From Chrysemys picta bellii (Eukaryota), in NCBI RefSeq assembly GCF_011386835.1, contig NC_088815.1, positions 10,478,001 to 10,542,000 of the forward strand: a stretch of DNA of 64,000 bases. Reading direction: 5' to 3'. A program made the position numbers and the translations under genes. The notes under the pieces are model-generated. The model did not search any database. It saw nothing but the letters and a program-made list of their open reading frames with translations, and was not told where the DNA came from. Shown piece by piece: positions 23,541 to 34,405 of the stretch. Position 1 is the first letter of the stretch; the number at the start of each line of letters is the position of its first letter.

Positions 23541-26059
23541 TCTGAACCTGTGGATGTAAGAACGGCCAGACTGGGTCAGCCCAATGGCCCAGGTAGCCCA
23601 GTATCCTGGTTCTGAGAGGGGCTTCGGAGGGAATGAGCAGGACAGGGCAATTACTGAGTGAGTCATCCCCAGGCGTCCAGTCCCAGCTCAGAGGTTTAGT
23701 GACCCCCCAGAGGGCAGGGTTGCCTCCCTGACTATCTTAGCAAGGGGTCACAAAACCGAGTCCCAGAGCCGGACGCTCAGCAGATGTCAAATGCAGTTAC
23801 GGCCCCAGTGACCCCCACTGAGAATCCGGCACAAAGCTGAACCAGGGACTCTTCCCGCAAATGGTCTGACACTGAACCTAGAGCAGACAGCTTCCCCTTC
23901 TGCTAAGACTTGGGTCCGCTTCTGACCTAGGGTCTGATCCAGTTCCTGTTGGGATCTATGGGGATGGGCTGAATCAAGCCCCTGCAGACCAGGCACTGAC
24001 CAAGCAGCGCCAGCTAATTGTCCTCCTGCTGAAAGTGTTTGCAGTGGGGAAGAGGTAACAGAGTCTCTTCTGGTAGTTCTTGCTGATCTCCTTGGGCAGA
24101 TGCCTGGGATGGGTTTGGTGGAGCGCAGAGGGGAGAAGCATCTTCTCTTCCTCCATGTCCCACTGTCGCCAACAACCTCAGGTCATTAAGGCCAAGATTT
24201 CCAAAGAAGATGAATGACTTTGGGAACCCAGTTGGAAGAGCCTGATTTCCACAGACAGCCGAGCAGTCACCGGCTGAAAATCAGGCCCCACCTTCACGGC
24301 GTCTCCACTGAAAATCTCGGCTTAAGTGAGGCCTTAAGTCTCTTCCCTCCCAATATTGCGCTTGTGACTGTAGCATCGGAGCCAAGTGGTGCACAAACTT
24401 TACGTGGGCTCTCTGCAGAGAGATAAATATCCCCCCCGATGAAGTGGCAAAGGCCTGTGTGGTTTTTGGTTACAGCCTGGGCCGCCGTTAGCACCTTCTG
24501 CCCAATGGAAAAATGTGTGACAGCGGAAAGGATGCTATCAGCCAGCTGGTGTTCTTGACCGTTATCTCCAGGGAGGCACAGAACCCATCATCATTTCTCT
24601 ACTTGAGTGGAGATACAGATCCTCTCCCACACCACCCAACGCCTTCTCATGCCCTTTACATGATCGGTTACGGCTATTGCTGGCTCCGGCCGTCATGCGG
24701 GGTCCGGGACACTGACAGATCATTCTCAGCAGGAGAGGAGAGGAGCGGGGTTTCCCACGACTCAGGACTTCGCAGCGGTGCAGTCCAAATCGTTTATTAA
24801 TAGCCTGTCCCAGAGGGTTAATAATGAGATGGCCACACCGGGTGTGGCCACAGAACAAGTGAGATTAACCCAGAGTAGGGGGGAGTATGAGGAATTCCTT
24901 AAGGACTTGGCTACCTGATGGGAGATGAAACTCAGTGTAGACACACGCAAGGGAACAATTTAAACTACTCAGTCACAGGGCTTAATAATAATACCATCTC
25001 CTAGCTCTCGTCTAGCCATAAATCTCCAAGTGCTTTACAAAGGAGGGGAATATTATTAGCCCCATTGTACAGATGAGGAAACTGAGGCACAGAGCGGGGC
25101 TGTGACTTGCCCCAAATCATCCAGCCACATCAGTGGCAGAGACAGGAACAGAACCAGGGTCTCCTGAGTCCTAGGCCACTGCTGCACCCACAACAGTGTT
25201 ACAACAGTGACAACCACCCTCTTGGGCTACACATTCGCTTTGAACCGGGCACCTACCGTGCTAAACATACAAGCTGCTCCGGCGTGAGCTGAAGACCCAA
25301 CATGTGGCAAATGGGGGCTGACAGGGCATGAGACTCACACTTAACCCCATGTCTCAGCCCATATTCAGCCCAGTTTGAATTCCCTGCTCCTGGGAATAGA
25401 GGACACGGCCGGCCCAGCGCTTGGGAGTGACTCCTGCTCACTGCAGAGGGCTGCTCCCAGCGCGTAGCCTTTACTTACACCCACATGTAATCTCTGCTGA
25501 CACCAGCACTGCATCATCCCAGGGCGACCTTGGGGAAGTAACGTCGGCTTCCTGTGCCTCAGTTTCTCCATCTGTAAGATGGGGATAACGATCCTGGCCT
25601 GCCTTTTTAAGTGCCTTGATCTGTGCAGGTGAGATGTGCTATAGACGTAGGATAGGAATGGTACAGATGGGCCGAGGCCTCTCCACTCCAAACTATCCAT
25701 GTTCTACAGAGCGCATTTCCATCTGTCCACTGCTAGCCCCCAAAGAGCCCCTGCTGACTGGCTGACAGCCACCCTCTTCGCCAGCACCCCACCGGCCTCC
25801 GGAGCTTGGCTGTAGCTCGAGCTAGAAAGTCACGGCTCCGCAGCTGGGACTGGAACAAACTCATATCGCCAGTGGATCAGGCACCACGTGACACTGGGGG
25901 GGTTACGCCGGCACCCAATCACTGGGCAGTTTGCAAACGTTGTCTTCCTTGTCGCACACCATGCTTTCCATGCCCCACAGGCAAACCCCATGATGTATGG
26001 GGGGGGGGCGTTTATCACGAGCACAGTGCATGTTGGGGCATTAGCTCGGAGATCCGTGG

Positions 26060-27226
26060 TATGACGGGTTGGATCACAGAACCCCCCCCTTGGGAGCTGT
26101 CAACTGATATGCCAAGACTACTCCTGCTCCTGCCTTCCTGCCCTGGCAGCTTGGGACTTCAGTGCCCTGCCTGGTTTGAGCCAGACCCGCTAGCCTGCTG
26201 CAAACCCAGACCCAGGTCTGAATCACGTCCCCTCACAGCTGTAGGCTTAACTGAAAGCAGCTTACAGAAGTGTTCCTGCCTTTAACACTCAGATGCCCAA
26301 CTCCCAATGGGGTGTAAACCCAAATAAATCCGTTTTACTCTATATAAAGCGTATACAGGGTAAACTCATAGATTTTTCGCCCTCTATAACACTGATAGAC
26401 AGATATGCACAGCTGTTTGCCTCCCCCCAGGTATTAACACACACTATGGATTAATTAATAAGTAAAAAGTGATTTTATTAAATACAGAAAGTAGGATTTA
26501 AGTGGTTCCAGGTAGTAACAGACAGAACAAAGTAAATTACCAAGTAAGATAAAATAAAACACGCAAATCTAAGTCTAATACAGTAATACAACTGAATACA
26601 GATAAGATCTCACCCTCAGAGATGTTTCTTTCACAGACTGGATGCCTTCCTAGTCTGGGCCCAATCCTTTCCCCGGTACAGCTCTTGTTCCAGCTCAGCT
26701 GGTAGCTAGGGGATTCTTCATGATGGCCGCCCCTTTTGTTCTGTTCCACCCCCTTATATATCGTTTGCATAAGGCAGGAATCCTTTGTCCCTCTGGGTTC
26801 CCACCCCTCCTCACTGCAAAAGCACCAGGTTAAAGATGGATTCCAGTTCAGGTGACATGATCACATGTCACTGTAAGACACCCCCCCCCCCCAAGCCTTC
26901 ATTCCTCCCAGCCTGACTCACAGGAAGGCCTGCCTGCAAACAGAGGCCATCCACAATTGTCCTGGTTGATGGGAGCCATCAAGATTCCAAACCACCATTA
27001 ATGGCCCACACTTTGCATAATTACAATAGGCCCTCAGAGTTATAGTTCATATTTCTAGTTTTAGATACAAGAGGGATACATTTATAGACAAAGGATGACC
27101 ACACTCAGTAGATTATAAGCTTTGTAATGATACCTTACAAGAGACCTTTTGCATGAAGCATATTCCAGTTACATTATATTCACTCATTAGCATATTTTTA
27201 TAAAATCATATAGACTGCAAGTCACA
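26060..27226. mobile_element. Solo LTR (probably Gypsy-type), about 1.17 kb
   Basis: Ends TATGAC (TGTGAC variant) ... GTCACA; flanks GTGG / CTGG; no internal coding sequence. Confidence 0.7.
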
Positions 27227-27469
27227 CTGGGAAGGTGCTTCCTGGAATGTTTGTGTTTGTTTTAAGCAGGGCCTGTTAACACAGCGACTACTCTCGCACA
27301 GGTCCTGCTGGGAACAAGAGATGCATTGTCCTGCACGTCCCCAGAAGCTGTCAATTCAGGCCAGCTTCCGAGCATCTGAAGCAAGTGACCAGAGGCAAGT
27401 GGAGAGGCGGTAGCAGATAGACGCAGAAGGATCTGATTGTGCCCGGATCATTTAGATCAGCCCAGCACA

Positions 27470-27514
27470 TGTGGTTTCCTGGTTTCCGAGTTTCGTTGGT
27501 CTGAGGCTATAAAA
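27470..27514 (+). promoter_or_regulatory. Gene B core promoter: RUNX site TGTGGTT (27470-27476) and TATAAAA (27508-27514)
   Basis: Same motifs and 38-bp start-to-start spacing as in gene C. Confidence 0.7.
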
Positions 27515-27588
27515 CCAGCCACGGGGCAGCAGGAGGCTCCGGTTGGTGCCGAGCCTGGAAGAGGATCCGAGGAGCTGTGAACTTAGAG

Positions 27589-30169
27589 ATGGAGCGGCCC
27601 CAGTGTCTCTTGCTCCTGCTCTCCCTGCTGTCCTACCCCTCGGCCCATGCTGGTGAGTAAAGGAAGCCATGGGTGAGGGTGACTCTCCGGGGTCCATGCA
27701 CCAGGTGAGGAAGGAGCCATTCCTTCTCCTCCTATTCAGGAGACTGTGTCTTTTTCAGGTGCTTTGCGGAGTCAGATTGTCGGGGGGCATGAAGCCAAGC
27801 CCCACTCCAGGCCCTACATGGCAGCCCTGAAGATGTCGGGTGGTTTCAGCTGCGGGGGGTTTCTGGTGGCCCCGGACTGGGTGATGACCGCCGCTCACTG
27901 CATGGGGTAGGTACCGTCGCCGGGTTTGTCCTTCTCACGCTGGTTGACGGAATACCTTTTAAAGCAGGAGTCGTCTGCAGTCCATGTGAAGCCAGCTGTC
28001 TCTGCACCCTCGCCCCCATTGCTCGGGGAAGGGGAGAGGGGCTGTGTCAGGGAAAGTGACCCACGCTGTCTCCTCCCGGTTTCAGGGATATCACCGTGAT
28101 CCTGGGAGCTCACAACATCCATGAGCCAGAGGAGTCGCAGCAGGTGCTGGGGGTTGAGACATACTACAAACACCCTGAATACAACAGCATCTTCATAACG
28201 AACGACATCCTGCTGCTAAAGGTAAGTGACTTGTCTGCAGCAGGGGAGGTCCCCCCGACAGCTGCTATGGGGGGCGAGGGGCTAAGTGCGGGTGGCTGAG
28301 AACAGAGAGAGAATTTTACACCTTGTGCTGTGGGGAGAAGTCAAAGTTCACTTTGCAAACTGGGCTTTATTATTTCGAGATGGTCCAGCCAGAGAAAGGA
28401 AACCCTGGGCAGATCCTGCAGCCTCAACCTTCCTGGAGTTCCCTGGGGGTCAGGGACACTCGGAATAGATCCCCCAGGGTCAGCCACACTGTCCCACACC
28501 CCCTGCAAGCTGCATGTTCTCCAGTATTGCCTCCTCCTGTCCCCTAGGTTGCTCAGTGTAAGTGCTCAGGGCCCGTTGCTGTAGGTTGCTGAGTCCCTCC
28601 CATCACCTGGCCAGGTAGGCCACTGGACATCTTCCTGAGCCATTCTCACCGCGGGCCCCCTGCCTCCAGATGCCATTGACTGCTGCTTGGGGCTTAATAC
28701 TCCTCCTCTTCCTCCCACCCAGCTGACAGCGAAGGCCAAGCTGACTAAATACGTCCAGGTCATCCCCCTGCCCAAGACCAGCAGCGACGTCCCCACCGAC
28801 ACCAAGTGCAGCACCGCGGGATGGGGCCTCATTGACAAAGAGAGGATCACCGACAAGCTCTTTGAGACCAACATCACCATCTACAGCCGCAGGAAATGCC
28901 TCAACCTCTACCCCAACCTCAACGACGGCATGCTCTGCGCCGGCAGCTTCCACCAGCTCAAGGACTCCAGCCAGGTCAGTACTGGGAACGCCGGCCAACA
29001 GGTGGAACGGGGACGTGTAAGCACCAGGGCTGGGACTCCCAGGGCAAGCTACTTAGGTTCCACTCTAAGAGGAGGGACGCTCATGGATGCAAATCTCCTG
29101 CCAGCTCATGTGTCTCCCATAAGGGTTTCCCCCGTGTGGTTTCTTGCTACCCAGGCTGACGCAAGCCCTGCATTCAGCTCCTGAAGGAGGGTTTGCTGCT
29201 GAGCCCGGAGATCTGTGGAAGCACACGGCCCAGCACCGATGGATTCCTTAGTAAGTCCCATCTACACAAGACCTGGGCAAAAAGTTTCAACCCCTCCCCC
29301 CCCTTTTTTTTTTGGCAAAAACATGCAGATTTAGTTCAACCAAAACATTGCACCAAGTTGTGTTCAATTCACCCAATGGTTTCGGTGAAAAAACCCCAAC
29401 TCCCTCCGTCCCCACCCCCATAGCTGAACCAAATTGAAACACGTTGGTTTGACCTTTTCCAAACAGAACGTTCTGATTTTTCGATTCGAAACACCTCTCC
29501 CTTTGGAAACCTCCCTCCCCTTGAAAACGCTCCACGCCCCAAGGAAATGTTTCATTTCACCGAGACCCTTTTTTCCTTGCTGCTGTTTGGAACTGGCACG
29601 AGATGAAAACTCCATTATTAGCCCAGCTCTAGGGCAGACCTCTTCGGACCGTGTGTCTCTGCCGCGGGCACAGGGGGCAATCACCACTGATGTACATGTA
29701 GCCGAGCTGGCTTTAATGTAGCTGACGCGGGTACCACAGCATGGGCCAGACCTGGGAGTGCTTACCCAGGGTTCTGGATGGGTTCGTACATCCTACGCTG
29801 CTCCAGCTTCACTGCTCCAGTAATGCTCGCTCGGGAACATCAGTCATGAGCCGCAGTCACACCCAGTAATTGCAGTGCCTGGGACATGGGGCGACCCCAT
29901 TGGGTTTGTGCAGAACAGCCAACTGAACAGGTTGACCCCTGGGGTAAGTGCATGGAAGTCATTCAAGTTACGCTAGGGATTAAGTTGGCCCCATATCTGG
30001 AGGGCCTCTGAAGTCTCTCCTCTTCTCTGTTTGGCAGGGAGATTCCGGGGGGCCTCTGGTCTGCAATGGGGTGGTGCAGGGAATTGTCTCCTTTGGCTAC
30101 AGCGCCCCTCCTGCTGTCTACACCCGCATTGCTAACTACCTTCCGTGGATCAAAACGATCATGGGCTAG
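27589..30169 (+). CDS. Granule serine protease gene B, intact, 243 aa preproenzyme (cathepsin G-like/mast cell protease-like). Exons 27589-27652, 27759-27906, 28086-28221, 28723-28974, 30038-30169
   Basis: Signal peptide [21 protein letters not shown], propeptide [23 protein letters not shown]57 (TAAHC), D102 (NDILLLK), S195 (KDSSQ|GDSGG); all introns GT-AG with phases 1,2,0,0. Confidence 0.93.
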
Positions 30170-33100
30170 AGGACCGGAGAGGGAGATGCTCCAGCTTCTC
30201 CTCTAGCATCTTCTGCCTTGGAGACCCGTGCTGCTTTCCCTTATGCTGCATCCTCCGGCTTTTTCTCCCTTCGGGGTGTTGTCTGAAACCACAGGGGACA
30301 AGACTCTCTCTAGATGCCTCTATGGCCTTGTTACTGCAGATCTGAACGCCTGCAGGCCCAGCAGTTCCCGTGTCACCTGGGTTCTGTTGGCTCAGGAGAG
30401 GAATGTCAAGTTTTCAGCCCCCTGAGTTAATATTCTCTTGCCTGGTCCCCTGAAGAAGCAGCGACTTTGCTGTTCTGAGGGGCTTCAGGATTCCTTCTGC
30501 CCCCGTTGACTTGAATCGGGCACAGCTGCCCACAGTCTCTGGGATGGTGCTAAGACCATCAGAGCAGAGTCAGGGATCATTCTAGAGCAGGGGGCACTGA
30601 CGTGGGTTGAAATCGGCCCACGGAGGTGGTTTTGGATCACCTGGAGGGGAAGGCTCTGACCCATGCTCGCTCCCTCCTGGGCGTTCCCTGGTTTGTTTCC
30701 CCGGCTCAGTCCCAGGCTGAGGTTGGGTTTCGCTTGGGTTTACAAGGGAGTTTCTCCCCCTGGCAATTTCAGCTGGTGCCACATTGTCAGAGCAGAAGCA
30801 GAGCAAAGAATTCAGCCGCAGGAATCTGAATCCTGGCCAGTCCCTCTAAGGGGGGAGACTCCCCAACCCTGTGTTCTCACACCCCCTTCACCCCGGTCAC
30901 TGCTCCATTCCTTCCCTGCCGCTCGCTGCGATGCCGGGCACGTAACAAGCTTGAAAAATAAACGCCAATCTGCATTTCACAGTGTCTCGTTCTCCTGCTT
31001 CACCGCGGCTTGTTTCAGTGGGTTTCTGATCATTCTCCAGATAAACACAAGGGGCCAAATTCGGCTCCCAGTTGCAACGGGGCAGGCCCTTTGATTTCAG
31101 CGGGTTGCACGGGTATAAATGAGCAACTGGGCCCAGAGGAGAACAGCCCTCTTTCGACTTCCCAGGCCACGGAGGGAAGGGCCCCAGGAGAACTGAAAAA
31201 GACCCATGTGGTTTTCTGATTCCAGACTGCGCAGCCATTAATATGTCCTGTCTATTCGGAACTCTGCAAGTGGGAGGGGCACGGTCTGTAGGTGTTGGTG
31301 GTCCTTATTGCTGGGAATGTGTAACCCACCGGATTAGCTTTGCCGTTCAGTTTAGACACAGACCCTCTCACATGCTGCCCGCTGCCTCCCTGTGCTTTTC
31401 TTGTGGTCCTGGGTTTGTCACTGATCGCTGCTAGAAAAATCTCGAGAGGAGGAAAACTCCCACTGTCAGAGCAGAGTCAGGCCAATGCTGAGCACGTCCA
31501 GCGTTACCAACTCGCGTGATTTCATTGCCAATCATGACGTCTGGGGGTTTTCCTTTCTCAGCTTCCGTTTCATAAAAAAGTTTCTAGCCCAACACTAATC
31601 AGGGGGGATAGGAAGAAGCTTCCCTGGGGTAATTTATCTAATAACTGGGTTTCTTATGCTTTATTCTGAAGCAGCTGGTTCTGTTAGAGACAAGACAGTG
31701 GACTAGGAACTTGGGGTGTGAGCTGGACCCAATTACCGCCCTCCCCCTCATCTGAGCACCTCACTATTTACCACATGGGAGTTAGAGGCACTCATGTGCC
31801 ACAGAGAGAAACTCATCCCTTCCTAACTGGGTTTAAAGCTATCAGTCAAACATACAAGTGGAGAGAAGGCACATGGCTTCTGATAACAGTCTAAATGGCA
31901 GATTTCAGAGGGGTAGCTGTGTTAGTCTGTATCAGCAAAAACAACGAGACATCAGGGAAAAAAATCTGTGAACGTGGAAAGGATGCTATCAACATGTAGA
32001 CGTGACAACTTTATCACAACCATCGCTGATAACTTTATCTCCAAACCCCAATGTTTAAGACTCTCAGGCTCCGCCCACATCGCCCATCCTCCATCACAAT
32101 CAGCAGCAAATCATCAGGCAAGATCAGATGGTGTAGATCAGTCGAGGTCCCTTGGCTTCAGTAGCACTAAGCTGACTTACACCAGCTGGGGATCTAGCTC
32201 CCTCTGTCTCCAGAACCCTAAGGGAAGTAGGTTGATAAGGGAGGAAGGTTTGGTAAGGAAAGCTTTGAAGGGGAGCAGGGAAAGTTGCTTTTAAGATTTT
32301 AAACCCCCCAGCAAAGATGCCGCATGGATGGTTTGAGATGCTATAAAAAATGTAGTGGGGAACAATGCTGGTAAGGAAATCATTCAGGATTGTCTTTCTG
32401 GTTTTTTTCCCCATGTAAGACAAATAAGTTACACTGACAAACAACAGCCAAGCATCAGAAATGATAAACCAGGCTCCAAAAAATATTCACAAGACTGAAT
32501 TAAAAATCATGTATTTGTTGTTGGTTTTTTTAATTAATACATTTTAGGTTCTTGGCCTCCTGGATTTTGAGACTTTAGATCACACTCTTGTCACATTTTC
32601 CATTTTTTCTCCCCAACAATGAGGGCTAGAAACTTACTCCCCCCCCAACCCCCCCAAGAGCTGAGATTTTCACATAATCATTTGACTCCAGAAGCTGAGG
32701 CTTTAAGAACAATCCTAAATATTGCAAGACTCAGGATCAAATCACAAGAGCTGGCTGTGACAGACAGCAATTTCCTGCAATATCCTGGACGCACCATACT
32801 GAATTAAATTGTTCCAATGATTAATTACTCTCATCATTAAAAATGCGCATCTTATTTCCGGGCTGAATGTGTCTAGCTTCAACTTCCAGCCATTGGATCG
32901 AGTTATACTTTTCTCTGCTAGACTCAAGAGCCCATTATTAAATATTTGCTCTGATTTCCATACTTACAGAGTGGGATCAAGTCACCCTTAACCTTCTCTT
33001 CGTTAAATTAAACAGACTTAGCTCCTTGAGCTGTCCACTGTATTAAAAATGCAATTGTTCCTGTGTGATTGTGAGATTGTATGGACCACCTCTTGGAGGA

Positions 33101-33300
33101 GGGGGTATGCTGATAGAATTCCTCTGGTTACCAGCCCTGGGGAGCATCCCCCTGGGGAGGGGACCCATTGTCGGCTGACACCGATTCCCGGTCTCTTCAA
33201 AGGCTCAAGATGGATCTGGAGACTAGCAGATAGAGAAAAGAGGTTGGGATAAATAACCTGAGTTTAAACTGACTCAGGGCCTCCTCCCTGATCCAGCAAA

Positions 33301-33413
33301 TCATAGAATCATAGAATCTCAGGTTGGAAGGGACCTCAGGAGGTCATCTAGTCCAACCCCCTGCTCAAAGCAGGACCAATCCCCAACTAAATCATCCCAG
33401 CCAGGGCTTTGTC
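33301..33413 (-). mobile_element. CR1 3' tail; another CR1 fragment at about 32800-33060
   Basis: TCATAGAATCATAGAATC...GGTTGGAAGGGACCTCAGG (reverse complement of the CR1 tail). Confidence 0.85.
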
Positions 33414-34286
33414 CTTAAATGGACAGGACGCCTGGTGCCCGGAGTGCCCCAGTCCTAAGGGAACGACTGGAAGGACTTTGGCCTACTGAGTGGGTTGTCA
33501 TTCTGAGCAAAGGATTTGATGAACTTGAAACCACAGGAAAGGCCCCGGGGGGGGGCGTTGGGAGGATGGCTTCTGCCAGAGCCAATGTTGGGGGCGGGGG
33601 CAGGGGGAATCTCCAGTCATGCATGGTAGGTTCATTTATGGGTTTGGGTGTGTTTTCCCTGCAGTACTTTTATCTGAAGAATAAACTCGGCTTGCTTAGA
33701 AAGGCCTAGCTGGTGACTTCTAGCTGCAGCAATGACAGGGTGTCCTGGTGGTGACCTGACTGGCCTTGAGGGCAGAAACAAAGCAGGTCTGCTTAGATAT
33801 TTCAGGCAAAAGGCAGGCTAACACGGTGAAGGCAGGGAGCTTTGCAACCCGGAAATACCCTGGTCAGAAGGGCGAGAGAGACACGTGTCTCCCACCCAAG
33901 AGAGGCGAAGACCTGAGCATGGGTGCCCTGCCTGGAGCCCAGAGGGGGAGTCCAGGTGCAGCCGCCCTGAACTGTGATCTGGCACCACTTGGAGGAAATT
34001 GCTACATGAGGGCGGCAAAGAATTATTTTCCATGAAATTGATTCCTCCCCCAGGAACCTACAACTCAAAGCTAAAATGCCCCGTGCAGAGGGTGCCACTT
34101 TAGCCTTCAGAAGAGGTCCTGGGTGGGCTCTGACTGAGACACCAGGCTTGTGCTGGCTCCGTACGGAGGGAGCTTTACCCTGACCACAATAACCATGCTG
34201 CTGAGAGATGCACTTTGTAGCTAGTGCTCCAGGGCTGTGCATGAGCAAACTGATTCTACGTCGATTAGTCAGATGAGCCCAAACCC

Positions 34287-34331
34287 TGTGGTTTTCTAGG
34301 TGCTGAATCTCACGGGTCTCAGCTTATAAAA
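34287..34331 (+). promoter_or_regulatory. Gene C core promoter: RUNX site TGTGGTT (34287-34293) and TATAAAA (34325-34331)
   Basis: Seen directly; spacing identical to gene B. Confidence 0.7.
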
Positions 34332-34405
34332 CCAGTCAGGGAGCTGACGGAGACCCTAACTGCAGCCCAGGCTGGAAGGGGATTGGCGAAGCGGAGAACT
34401 CCAAG

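Noticed and set aside
27905-27912. Apparent premature TAG after exon 2 of gene B
   Set aside because: The donor is GG|GTAGGT at 27906/27907, matching the 148-nt exon of the paralogs, so the TAG is intronic.
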